The notes beneath the pieces were generated by a model. That model saw only the letters and a program-made list of their open reading frames with translations, searched no databases and was not told the origin of the DNA. Below, piece after piece: positions 1-9,682 of a DNA stretch of 64,000 nucleotides. This DNA is from Verrucomicrobiota bacterium. GTDB taxonomy: Bacteria; Verrucomicrobiota; Verrucomicrobiia; Limisphaerales; AAA164-E04. Position 1 is the first letter of the stretch, and the number at the start of each line of letters is the position of its first letter. The translations under genes were made by a program, and so were the position numbers. The DNA lies in assembly GCA_047947115.1 (NCBI GenBank), contig CP170459.1, positions 5,152,001-5,216,000 of the forward strand. Reading direction: 5' to 3'.

Positions 1-46
1 TGATCCACGACACCTGGCCTGAAAGCTGATCCGCTTACATTCAATT

Positions 47-195
47 TTGTTGAACCGCAGATTGCGCAGATTGACGCAGATTAACCAGGAAACACAAGAT
101 TGGGTTGGATGGGTGGTGTTTACTGGCAAGGTTTCTCTTTAAGGAAATAGTTTAAATTTACCTGTGATACATCTGCGATAATGTACGGTTCAAAA
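47..195. repeat. Imperfect inverted-repeat element with 9-10 bp periodic arms
   Basis: Left arm TTGAACCGCAGATTGCGCAGATTGACGCAGATT (50-82); right arm ...CATCTGCGATAATGTACGGTTCAA (170-193) is a degenerate reverse complement; lies just past the 3' end of the minus-strand gene. Confidence 0.6.
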
Positions 196-211
196 ACAAC
201 AAGCCTCCCAC

Positions 212-3200
212 CTATTCAGTGACTAGCTTCACCGATCCCCAATAGGCAAAATCGTTTTGCATGTCGTAGGCGTAGTTTTCGAGGCGGACGGGAATCGTTT
301 TGCCTGCGAACGGCGTCAAATCAACCCGGATGGTTTTCCAGACACCCCCCTGACGGCTGATGTTTTGTCGCGCCACCAGCTTCAAATCAGCAAAAGCACG
401 AAGTACCCATTGTCCCCTGGGTGAGGTTGCCACCATAAGATCGAGATACGTTTTGCCCTGACTTGGCACCTCGATGGTTCGCTCCAGGGAAGCGCCGCCC
501 TGATGACGGAACGGATGAGTCACCAACACGTTTTTGGAGCCTTCCCATTCAGGCTCAACAGACGGGGCTTGTCGAATTTCAGCGGATTGAACTTTCCAGT
601 CCGGGTTCCACAAACTGATGGATTCATAATCACGCTGGATCAACGGTTCGGAAGTGCCCACCAGTTCATTGCGCAACGCGGCTGTCATGGGTCGTTTGTC
701 TTCCGGCGGGTTCAGCACATACCAGATGAGATCCCGAAAATCTTTGTCCGGCATTTGTTCCAGCCCTTCAGGCATCACCGAGTTTTCAGTTACCTCGCGA
801 GATTGGATATCGCTTTTTGAAATCACTTCCTCACGGCCTCCTGAAGCAAGCAACTTCACATACGTTGCGGTTTCTTCGGTCAGGCGCCCGCTCAAACTTC
901 GATCGTCCTTGGTTTCAATCACGATGTTCTCATAACCTGCTCCGATGATCTGGTTGGGATTGATCACATTGGCAAGCAGCGCATCCAGGGTGGAGCGCCC
1001 GACACCTGTCAGGTCAGGCCCAACTTGTGCGCCCTTTCCATGCAACTCATGACACACCAGGCACACCGCCTCGGCCAATTGTTTGCCGTTATCCAAATCA
1101 GGTTCTCCACTAAGCACTACGCCGCGTTTGGTCTGGATCAACTTGTCCATGTCGGCATTCGGTTCACGGAAACGACCGATGCTTTTCTGAGCACGTTCGC
1201 GAATAGCCTGGTCTCGATGATTGGACAGTGAGCGAATCACAGCCGCCGGCACATCGGACGGTTGAATGGTTTTGCTTTCCACGGCAGATAAAAAGGTATT
1301 CAACCAGGCGGGTCGTGACACCAGCACAGAGGTGGCCGCCTGACGTTGGGCCATCTCAAATTTCGGCCACTGACGAACCAGGAGACTGGCCACGCTCGGT
1401 TGGTCATGGCCACCAAGGGCGTCGATGGTTTCCCTGATCGCCGCACCGTTGGGTGTGGCAATGACTCGATCCGATAATGCCTTCAAGACAGCAGGATGAT
1501 CAATTTGCTTGGCGAGTTGAACCGCCATGCGTCGGTCCGCGTCGGAAGAATCCGCCGAAGCGATCAGAGCGGCCAATTGTTCCATCGTGTTTTCATCCCC
1601 CCAGAGAGCACCCAACTGCAGATAACGGCTCTTCACTTCCGGCTTTTTACTTCCAGCCAGACTGGCAAGAAAATCGGAAGCGCCTTCGGGCAGGGTCTTG
1701 TTCAATCGTTGACCTTCCACCAAGGCGTTCAAACCACTGATCAACAAATCCTGATCTCCATCCAGCAATGCGGTCAAACCTCTCACGGCCAATCCAACGG
1801 TCCGTGGTTGAGCCTGATCATTCAAACGTCGAATGGTTTTATAAAACAATTCCTGACTCAAGGGCTTGGTGGCTCCCCCATTCTGCACCAACCATTCCAA
1901 CACCATTTCCGGAGTCTCCAGCACCCAGGGTTCCAAAGCCATCCAGGTCATGAAGGGAATCAATGGATCATCCTCGCTAGCCGAGGCTCGAATCAATCGT
2001 GCAAAGGTCGGCCCCAAATCAGAAAGGGTGGCATTGGATGTTGACGGACGATTAATCGTGAGGGCCCCGGAGCTATATTGACGTAAAGCGGTAGCGACAG
2101 CGTTTCGCACAGTCGGATCGCGATCTTCGGCCAGAACCTGAAGGCGGGTCAGTGCGACGGGATCAGAGGAACGGCGCTCACCAGTCAGACGAGCGGCCCA
2201 GGTCCTCATTGCAAAATGACTATCCACCTCTGCTGCGCTCAGCAGTGTTTCATCCAGTAGCCCTGCGCTGTGCAACGTCCATAGAGCGGTCAATCGGGAC
2301 TCAATCGTGCTTCCGGTTCGCATGAGATCGGACAACGGCTTTTTGGACGCCGGATCTTTACGTTCCTTGAGCAGGCGTTGGGCCATTTCTCGATGCCAGA
2401 TGTTGGGGTGCCCCAGAAAATCAACAAGCTTGTTGCTGGTGGCCTCTGCCAAATCCATCTTCACTTGCGGCCGGCTGTTCACTTGCTTCCCTGGCTGATC
2501 TCCCACATGCACCACACGCCAGATGCGGCCATACTCTCGGTCGACGCCTTCCGGATCGGCCTGGGCGTTTTGGTAACAAGGATACTTGTCATACCAATCT
2601 GCAATCCAGACCGTGCCATCCGGTCCAATCTGTTCACTGACCGACCGAAACCATCCGTCTGAAGATTGCACAAAGTTATCCATGGAATGCGCTTTGAAGG
2701 AAGAACCATCCGGCTCCAATCGATCCATGTTGACCGCGTTTTCATGAATGTTGCCCATCAGCACGCGTCCCAGATAATTCACGGGGTATTGGTGTCCCAG
2801 ATAAACCGCCACCCCGCAGTATGCGGCGCGGTAATGCTTGTGATCCACGATGGATGGAAGCAACCCGTAGCTGTAAGCATGTTCCGGACGCCCCCCCTGG
2901 CGTACATACAAACCTCCGGGCGCCATGTGGAAGAGATGATCAATTACACAGGCACTGACAAAGGCGTTGCCGTATCGGTCGAAGTCCACATGCCATTGAT
3001 TGGACGCTCCATCAGAAAAGATTTCAAAACGCTTGCTCTCAGGTTCAAACCGGGCCACACCGGCGTTCAAGATCACTTCAGGACGTTCCGCATGTTCCGG
3101 ATCAGTCACCTTGGAATGTGTAAACACGCCATGGGTCATATAAAGCATCCCGTCAGGCCCCCACGTAAAACCATTCAACAACTCATGCCGGTCCTCCAGA

Positions 3201-3718
3201 CCAAACCCACCCAGCAAACGTGTGGTTTTATCTGCCTTGTCGTCTCCATCGGTGTCTTCAAGAAACAACAGGTAAGGAGCCTGCCCTATGTAAACACCAC
3301 CATCTCCCAGCAACAAGCCCGTCGCCAGATTCAGCCCATCTGCGAACAGTGTCGATTTGTCGGCCCTCCCGTCAGCGTCGGTGTCCTCGAGGATACGAAC
3401 ACGATCACGTGGCTTCTCGCCCGGTTTGGCGCCTCGAGGATATTCAAACAGTTCGAGGACCCACAAGCGACCGCGCTCATCCCAGTCCATGGCCACAGGA
3501 TTGACCACCTCCGGTTCGGAGGCAAACAGACGCATTTCAAAACCTTCCGGCACAGTAAAGGTGGCTGCCGCTTTGGCTGCCGGTATGGGAGCGGATGAAG
3601 CAGGCGCATGAGAACCGGTCAACTGCCGACCGGCTGCCCCCACATCATGACTGACAAGGGTTGAGAAAACACTCAAACAAACGATGGAATGAATCAATGC
3701 ACGCATAAGACAATTCAT
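212..3718 (-). CDS. PVC-type membrane-bound dehydrogenase-like protein (beta-propeller + HEAT repeats + cytochrome c)
   Basis: Signal peptide; VPEGFEMRLFASEPEVVNPVAMDWDERGRLWV and DTDADGRADK motifs; heme motif CLVCH, VGPDLTG, SVMPEGL; start may be 3706. Confidence 0.9.
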   Translation of the reverse strand: MNCLMRALIHSIVCLSVFSTLVSHDVGAAGRQLTGSHAPASSAPIPAAKAAATFTVPEGFEMRLFASEPEVVNPVAMDWDERGRLWVLELFEYPRGAKPGEKPRDRVRILEDTDADGRADKSTLFADGLNLATGLLLGDGGVYIGQAPYLLFLEDTDGDDKADKTTRLLGGFGLEDRHELLNGFTWGPDGMLYMTHGVFTHSKVTDPEHAERPEVILNAGVARFEPESKRFEIFSDGASNQWHVDFDRYGNAFVSACVIDHLFHMAPGGLYVRQGGRPEHAYSYGLLPSIVDHKHYRAAYCGVAVYLGHQYPVNYLGRVLMGNIHENAVNMDRLEPDGSSFKAHSMDNFVQSSDGWFRSVSEQIGPDGTVWIADWYDKYPCYQNAQADPEGVDREYGRIWRVVHVGDQPGKQVNSRPQVKMDLAEATSNKLVDFLGHPNIWHREMAQRLLKERKDPASKKPLSDLMRTGSTIESRLTALWTLHSAGLLDETLLSAAEVDSHFAMRTWAARLTGERRSSDPVALTRLQVLAEDRDPTVRNAVATALRQYSSGALTINRPSTSNATLSDLGPTFARLIRASASEDDPLIPFMTWMALEPWVLETPEMVLEWLVQNGGATKPLSQELFYKTIRRLNDQAQPRTVGLAVRGLTALLDGDQDLLISGLNALVEGQRLNKTLPEGASDFLASLAGSKKPEVKSRYLQLGALWGDENTMEQLAALIASADSSDADRRMAVQLAKQIDHPAVLKALSDRVIATPNGAAIRETIDALGGHDQPSVASLLVRQWPKFEMAQRQAATSVLVSRPAWLNTFLSAVESKTIQPSDVPAAVIRSLSNHRDQAIRERAQKSIGRFREPNADMDKLIQTKRGVVLSGEPDLDNGKQLAEAVCLVCHELHGKGAQVGPDLTGVGRSTLDALLANVINPNQIIGAGYENIVIETKDDRSLSGRLTEETATYVKLLASGGREEVISKSDIQSREVTENSVMPEGLEQMPDKDFRDLIWYVLNPPEDKRPMTAALRNELVGTSEPLIQRDYESISLWNPDWKVQSAEIRQAPSVEPEWEGSKNVLVTHPFRHQGGASLERTIEVPSQGKTYLDLMVATSPRGQWVLRAFADLKLVARQNISRQGGVWKTIRVDLTPFAGKTIPVRLENYAYDMQNDFAYWGSVKLVTE

Positions 3719-4028
3719 GAATCAATAATTGGTGATACCCGATTAGACATTCACTCGCCCTCAGACGCCAATCAAAAGTATCAAAAATTCCCACTTAACT
3801 TCGATGGACTCTTTATCACAGGACAAAAACGCATTGAAAAAGGTCAAGAAAAGTGTTGTTCCATCGTACAATCCCCCACAGCTTAGACAACGAGCCGAAT
3901 ATCAAAGAATGATTTAAAATCCTTTACGATATGACACGGCGGACGGTTCCTTTGATGTTGCACACTCAACATGAGCCGTTCATTAAGGAGATATCGTCAA
4001 ACCAGAACCAAATAAATCGAATACACAT

Positions 4029-4398
4029 ATGAGTAGTCTCTACGAAAGACTGGGAGGCGCTGCCGCCGTTGATGCTGCAGTGGACTTGTTTTACACCAAA
4101 GTGCTGGCCGATGATCGCATCAAACATTTCTTTGATGGAGTGGACATGAAACGCCAGGCAGGCCATCAGAAGGCTTTTTTTGACCTACGCCTTCGGGGGA
4201 TCACCAAACTATTCAGGCAAGAACATGCGCGAAGGACACAAGCACCTCGTTGAGAAAATGGGACTGAACGACAGTCACTTCGACGCCGTCATGGAAAACC
4301 ACGGCGCCACCCTAACCGAACTGAGAGTTGCACCGGAACTTATCCAGGAAGCCGCAGGCATCGCCGAATCCACACGAAACGACGTCCTGAATCGCTGA
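4029..4398 (+). pseudogene. glbN: Group I truncated haemoglobin (GlbN/cyanoglobin-like), split by a +1 frameshift
   Basis: MSSLYERLGGAAAVDAAVDLFY...HQKAF continues in the next frame as LTYAFGG...MREGHKHLV...HFDAV; T7 run at 4175-4181, where T6 would restore a single ORF. Confidence 0.85.
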
Positions 4399-4417
4399 TT
4401 CAAACACTCAAACAAAA

Positions 4418-4602
4418 GTACCCGCATTCGCAAGAATGTGGCCGCTTTCAAACACCCGTAGACGCATTCGCAAGAATGTGGCCGCTTTCAAACCCCCGTA
4501 GCCGCATTCGCAAGAATGTGGCCGCTTTAAAGCACCCGTAGCCGCATTCGCAAGAATGTGGCCACTTCAAACACCCGTAGCCGCATTCGCAAGAATGTGG
4601 CC
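4418..4602 (+). repeat. Tandem array of five ~40-bp GTAG-type REP-like palindromes
   Basis: Unit GTAGCCGCATTC-GCAA-GAATGTGGCCGCTTTCAAACACCC starting at 4418, 4458, 4498, 4538, 4577; hairpin CCGCATTC/GAATGTGG. Confidence 0.9.
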
Positions 4603-4605
4603 AAA

Positions 4606-4788
4606 CCGTATCCGAAACGATCCGATCTACCAATAGACACCCAACAGGCAGGACGAGGCCGTCCCTGGCCCGTCGCCTTGTGGTCTACATCAGCTAAGTT
4701 GCTTTCCGCTTTGGGAAGCCTTTGGTATTCGCTCACCCCACATCCGCATAGCTATCGCTAGCGGGCGGATCGAGACGATCCGATCTAC
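4606..4788 (-). repeat. Second REP-like family (two copies) plus a third degenerate palindrome
   Basis: Minus strand GTAGATCGGATCGTCTCGATCCG (4766-4788) and GTAGATCGGATCGTTTCGGATACGG (4606-4630); plus strand GCAGGACGAGGCCGTCCCTGGCCCGTC (4648-4674). Confidence 0.65.
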
Positions 4789-4812
4789 CAGATCTCACCC
4801 GGCACCGACCAT

Positions 4813-7005
4813 TCACTCTTTACCATCCCCAAATACCGGCGCTTTCCAATCGGCTGGCAGTCTTCCCTGCGGGCGCACACCATAGGAGCCGGCGGGAATA
4901 GGATGGTCTTCCGGTTTCAACAAAGGCAGGTCATCCGGAAGATGCTTGATCCGGAAATCCTTGTATTGAATCGTCATCGGCGGTCCGACGTGCACTTGAA
5001 CAGCAAGCACGCCCTCCAATGCCCGACCTTTTTCGTCGAAATCAATTAAATCAGCCGTTGGATTCCCATCAATCCAGTGACGATGATGATTGCCTTCCAC
5101 CAGCACCCGGTATTCGTGCCATTGATCCGGCTCAAAATCCTTGAAAGGCAGTTGATCCACCACCCAAGGTTGGCCGGCTTCGTCGATGATCACTTTTTCT
5201 CCGGTATGAGACAGAATGCGGCGGCCTCGTTCTTCATAAAGCATGCCGTTGTACTTCGGCGTGTTCGCCACCACATCACATTGGTAACCGGTCACGACAT
5301 CAAGACCAATGTCCGGTCGGGACTGGCCTCGGTATTGAATTCCGCTGTTTCCACCGGCGCTGACCTTGACCATCGCCTTGATTTCAAAATTACGAATGGT
5401 GGATCCTTTCCAGGTGATGAACCGATTCATCTTGAGAAAACCATCGGCTATACCTGTGAGGATTCCGTCTTTGACACTCCAGTATTTGGGATCTCCATCC
5501 CACATGCCCAGACGATTTCCACTGAACAACTTTACCCAACCATCCTTGTCCGGAGGGATACTGACGGCAGCCGTCGCAATCGGATGCGGAACGGTGGAAG
5601 CGGTGAAAGGCTGATCCAGCGGAAGAAGCGGACCAGCCAATTCATTCACACGTCGATCCGTTCTGGCACGCAGGTCTTTCAACACACCGGCGAAATCTGG
5701 ATCCTTAGCCAGATTGACCAGTTCATCCGGATCATTCTTCAAATCATGAAGAAATTCATGCCAGTCATGGTCCACATAGCGCACGTATTTGAACTGCTCG
5801 TTTCGAACGCCTTCAAACGCGGGAATCCGATGACGAACCGCAAAGTGTTCGTGAAAGGTTTGATCCCGCCAACCGGCCGGTTTACCCGATCGAACCACCG
5901 GCTGCAGACTGCGCCCCTGATACCGGTCCGGAATCGACACTCCCGCCCAATCCAGAAAGGTTGCCGGAAAATCTAGATTCAAAGCAAAGGCATCCGTCAC
6001 CGCACCGCGTTGTGATTCCGCCACGCGAGGATCCATGATGATCAATGGCACACGCAGGGATTCTTCATAGTGGGACCACTTACCCGCAAACCCCCGGTTG
6101 CCCATGTGGTATCCGTTGTCCGCCGAGTAAACGATGATGGTATTGTCAGCCATGCCTGCTTCCTCAAGCGCTTTCATAAAGCGACCGATCGCCCCATCAA
6201 TACCGCTCACCATCCGGAGGTAGGCACGCATGTTCGTCTGGTATTTCTGATCGGTGTTCCAGCGCCAGAAAAAGCGCTCGCGATTGATGGTTGTCCGGAG
6301 AAAGTCGGGTTGTGCATCAAAAATCTCAGGGGCATTCAAACGAGGCGGGGCCATTTCCAAATCTTCATACATGCCATTAACAGCTTGCGGCCATGGGAAC
6401 TGACCAATACCCGGACGACGGTCCCCATCTTCGGCGTGGCAGGCGTTGAACCACATGTTCAAAGCAAATGGCTGATCCTTGGGCTGGTTGCGGATAAAAT
6501 CAATTCCACGATCCACAATCAATTCGGTTTCGTGCCGCAAGGAACCATCGGCCTGCTTTTTGTAGAACGGATTACGACCGATCGCCTGATACACATCAAA
6601 ATGATCCTGTGGTTTGTATCCCTGTGGCATCTTGGCATGCCATTTACCAAAGAAGCCGGTCCGGTATCCGTTGGATCGCAACAGATCGGTGTAGAGCGTT
6701 TGGACGGCTTCAGGCCGGGCCTGGTCATGATTACCGGGCGTACCGTAGGCACGTCCGGTCAGGCCGGTTAATATCGTTGTACGACTGACCCAGCAGATCG
6801 AATGACTCACAAACGCATTGGTAAACCGCGTGCCTCGTGCCGCAAGACCGTCGATGTTGGGCGTCTTCACCTGCGGATGACCATAGCATGCCAGAGTGGA
6901 AGTGGTCTGGTCATCGGTAAAAAAGAAAACGATGTTCGGTCGATCCGCGCCTTGAGCAGACCGAATCAAACAGCACAAATAGAGTAGGATGAGGATGCGA
7001 TTCAT
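4813..7005 (-). CDS. Secreted S1-family sulfatase fused to a C-terminal DUF1080 (3-keto-disaccharide hydrolase-like) domain
   Basis: RPNIVFFFTDD, CWVSRTTILTG, GKWH, SADNG, YEESLRVP; C-terminal GNSGIQYR and VQVH motifs; probable start MNRILIL at 7005. Confidence 0.9.
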   Translation of the reverse strand: MNRILILLYLCCLIRSAQGADRPNIVFFFTDDQTTSTLACYGHPQVKTPNIDGLAARGTRFTNAFVSHSICWVSRTTILTGLTGRAYGTPGNHDQARPEAVQTLYTDLLRSNGYRTGFFGKWHAKMPQGYKPQDHFDVYQAIGRNPFYKKQADGSLRHETELIVDRGIDFIRNQPKDQPFALNMWFNACHAEDGDRRPGIGQFPWPQAVNGMYEDLEMAPPRLNAPEIFDAQPDFLRTTINRERFFWRWNTDQKYQTNMRAYLRMVSGIDGAIGRFMKALEEAGMADNTIIVYSADNGYHMGNRGFAGKWSHYEESLRVPLIIMDPRVAESQRGAVTDAFALNLDFPATFLDWAGVSIPDRYQGRSLQPVVRSGKPAGWRDQTFHEHFAVRHRIPAFEGVRNEQFKYVRYVDHDWHEFLHDLKNDPDELVNLAKDPDFAGVLKDLRARTDRRVNELAGPLLPLDQPFTASTVPHPIATAAVSIPPDKDGWVKLFSGNRLGMWDGDPKYWSVKDGILTGIADGFLKMNRFITWKGSTIRNFEIKAMVKVSAGGNSGIQYRGQSRPDIGLDVVTGYQCDVVANTPKYNGMLYEERGRRILSHTGEKVIIDEAGQPWVVDQLPFKDFEPDQWHEYRVLVEGNHHRHWIDGNPTADLIDFDEKGRALEGVLAVQVHVGPPMTIQYKDFRIKHLPDDLPLLKPEDHPIPAGSYGVRPQGRLPADWKAPVFGDGKE

Positions 7006-7087
7006 GATGGGTGGATGAGATAATGATAAATTCTGCTTCATTTGACAATGGCGTAAAAGGCAGAAACCGGATCTGGCGTTCACGTCG

Positions 7088-8254
7088 CTATTCGTGTTCG
7101 AACAGCACACAAATGGCGGATGGAGCATGGATCACACTTTGGTTGTAAGTCAGCTCACCTGTTTCCGAATCAATGGCAAACGAGGCCAATGTATGTGAAT
7201 CCTGTCCCGCAGCCAACAACCAGCGACCGGACGGATCGATATTAAAATTCCGTGGCGTGGCTCCTCGAACATGTTCACGCTCGATGACCTGCAGACCTCC
7301 GTTTTCCGGATCCACCCGATATGCCGTGATGGTATCGTGCCCCCGATTGGCCGAGTAAACAAAGCGACCACTTGGATGTACCCGAATCTCGGACGCGCTT
7401 TTGAACTGCTCTTTGGCGAGTTGTTCTTTGGGCACACTCGGAATGGTTTGAACAGATTCCATCGATCCATGCTCAGCATCATAGCTGTATGTCGTCACAC
7501 TCAGGTCCAGCTCATTGAGCACATAAACCCAGCGACCGTTTGGATGAAATTTCATGTGCCGCGGCCCCCCACCTGCGGGGACCTCGGCGTGACCATGGGA
7601 ACGAATGGATTGGTTTCCAGCGTTCACCGCGTAGATCATCACACGGTCCAATCCCAAATCAGGCACGAAGGCAAATCGTTGATCCGGCGAAAACCCGGTC
7701 CAATGAGGATGCGGACGATTCTGTCTAGCCGCGACCACACCGGAACCACCATTGTGTTCCAGAATTTGCAGACGCCTCCCAAGAGAACCGTCCGTTTCGA
7801 GGGAGAACGAAGCGACGGAACCACCGCCGTATTGGGCGGTCAATAGCAGGTTACCTTCCTGATTCACCGACACATGGGTGGCTCCTCCATCACCAATCTC
7901 CAGGGCATTCACAAACTTCAATCTGTTGTTACCCTCACGCCGTTCAATGTCATAACAGGCAACTACCGGTTTCTGATCCAGTGCCCCCACGGCATAGAGA
8001 TGACTCCCATCGGGGTGCATGGCAAGAAAACCGGGACCACGGATTTCAGCTGCCAATTCCGCACGGGACAGCTTACCCGATTCCTGGTCAAGCTGAGTGA
8101 TATAAATGCCTTCACTGGGCCAGGCGCTCCCCGTGCCGATCCATACATCCACCTGACCGCTCATAAGGTTCCATTGGTAAGCCGCGGTTAACAAAAGCAC
8201 GAAAAACGCAAACGTCCGAACGCTTCGTGTCCACCTTTCATTTGGGAAAATCAT
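7088..8254 (-). CDS. pgl: Lactonase family (6-phosphogluconolactonase-like, 7-bladed propeller), exported
   Basis: RQNRPHPH, PDLGLD, GGGPRH, SANRGHD, TPRNF motifs. Confidence 0.88.
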   Translation of the reverse strand: MIFPNERWTRSVRTFAFFVLLLTAAYQWNLMSGQVDVWIGTGSAWPSEGIYITQLDQESGKLSRAELAAEIRGPGFLAMHPDGSHLYAVGALDQKPVVACYDIERREGNNRLKFVNALEIGDGGATHVSVNQEGNLLLTAQYGGGSVASFSLETDGSLGRRLQILEHNGGSGVVAARQNRPHPHWTGFSPDQRFAFVPDLGLDRVMIYAVNAGNQSIRSHGHAEVPAGGGPRHMKFHPNGRWVYVLNELDLSVTTYSYDAEHGSMESVQTIPSVPKEQLAKEQFKSASEIRVHPSGRFVYSANRGHDTITAYRVDPENGGLQVIEREHVRGATPRNFNIDPSGRWLLAAGQDSHTLASFAIDSETGELTYNQSVIHAPSAICVLFEHE

Positions 8255-8506
8255 GTGACGAACCTACCGGCCTGTTGAGCAAAACACGAGATTGAAACCT
8301 GACCACGCATTTTTTGACCAAATGTCCTTTTTGATGTATGGTAGCCCTTAATGAAGATAAGAAACGCCTGCCCTCAGCCAGGATTGCATCAGGCAAACCG
8401 TTGATCTGCAACCTTCCAGATGTTTTTATCCATGTCGTTATCAACCATCTGCAACCCCCTCAGCCACCCACTCCACAGGCCATCCACGCCTTCCTATGGA
8501 TGATTT

Positions 8507-8522
8507 TGGCACATGCCATGCT
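8507..8522 (+). promoter_or_regulatory. Putative sigma-54 (-24/-12) promoter
   Basis: TGGCACATGCCATGCT gives exact GG-N10-GC spacing with TGGCAC; intergenic. Confidence 0.55.
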
Positions 8523-8678
8523 TTATGAAACACATGTGGTTAAAACCGGCTCAAGACGCCCCGAACAAGCCCACCTAACGCGTTTCATGGGGAAAAAGAA
8601 CCACCATCCGCAAGTTTTTGCGAGGTCAACTAAGCCGCAGGTTTAAAAACGCCGATGAGTTAATTGCCAAGAAATAAC

Positions 8679-8870
8679 ATGAAAGAATCAAAGACGAAAA
8701 AATCAAACCAACACGCCGATTATGTTCATTCCATGGAAAAATCCATGGTGGACGAAGGCACCCGCAAAGCGTGGGAATATTATGACCGCCATCAGGTCAC
8801 CAAAACCAACTCCAGCATTCGAGCCGAACAACACCGGCGCAAACTGGGCTTAATGACCGGACACTTGTAA
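8679..8870 (+). CDS. Small basic hypothetical protein (~63 aa)
   Basis: MKESKTKKSNQHADYVHSMEK...; fills an otherwise empty gap and converges on the next gene; no family recognised. Confidence 0.45.
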   Translation: MKESKTKKSNQHADYVHSMEKSMVDEGTRKAWEYYDRHQVTKTNSSIRAEQHRRKLGLMTGHL

Positions 8871-8893
8871 ACCGGTTTCTTCCTCTTCCGGCA

Positions 8894-9637
8894 TCAATCG
8901 AGATTCAAGGAGCGCATAACGATGTTTCGGTAAGCGACCGGACCGTGGTCCCCTTGCAACATCAGCGGCCCCAGGGCATTTTCATCATGGTACGTGGAAG
9001 AGCGTGTCGGCCCTGAAACCTCAACGTTCTCATGAATGATCACCCCATTGTGGACCACTTTGATGAATCTTGCATTTTCCGTCTTTTCGCCTTCTTCATT
9101 GAAACGTGGCGCGCGGAAAATGATATCAAATGACTGCCATTCGCCTGGAGGCAGGGATGCGTTCATCTTCGGCGCGTGCCCTTCAAAACCGGCATTGTCC
9201 GCCCAGCGTTGATAGATCCCTCCACAATCGGAATGCTTCACATCAATATTCCCCCAACTATCCAACACCTGAACCTCATAGCGAGCCTGCAGATAAACCC
9301 CTGAATTCGACCCTTTCGGCACGACAAACTCGACATGAAGCGAAACGTCTCCGTGTTCTTTGTGGGAGATTAGATTCACCGTATGACCACTTGGTTCGTT
9401 CAGGAAAACCCCCTGCCCCGACTCCATCTCAAACGCTTTATCATTCCCGTCCTTCAACCTAACGCCACCGATTTCCTGCCAGCGCCCCTGGGGTAGACGC
9501 CATTGGTGAATGCTTTCGGTTAGACTCAAATAAGTGACTGGTTGAGCAGCCTGACGAGGTGTCGTTTGGCAACCGGTTGTGATAAACATGATGGCCAAAG
9601 AACCGGCCAGGCAAAAGGCTTTTTGATAACTTCTCAT
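8894..9637 (-). CDS. DUF1080 family lipoprotein
   Basis: Lipobox TTGC; NSGVYLQARYEVQVLDS, GEWQSFDIIFRAPRF, LMLQGDHGPVAYRN. Confidence 0.88.
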   Translation of the reverse strand: MRSYQKAFCLAGSLAIMFITTGCQTTPRQAAQPVTYLSLTESIHQWRLPQGRWQEIGGVRLKDGNDKAFEMESGQGVFLNEPSGHTVNLISHKEHGDVSLHVEFVVPKGSNSGVYLQARYEVQVLDSWGNIDVKHSDCGGIYQRWADNAGFEGHAPKMNASLPPGEWQSFDIIFRAPRFNEEGEKTENARFIKVVHNGVIIHENVEVSGPTRSSTYHDENALGPLMLQGDHGPVAYRNIVMRSLNLD

Positions 9638-9682
9638 ATCTGTTTGCTTCGGGTGGTTTTGCTCGGCTGACCGGGGGCACGT

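Noticed and set aside
4418..4602. CRISPR array
   Set aside because: The sequences between the palindromes are only ~16 bp and nearly identical, not unique spacers; no cas genes in the window.
4448..4761. Short ORFs with repeated peptides (WPHSCECG, ATFLRMRL)
   Set aside because: They are translations of the DNA repeat array.
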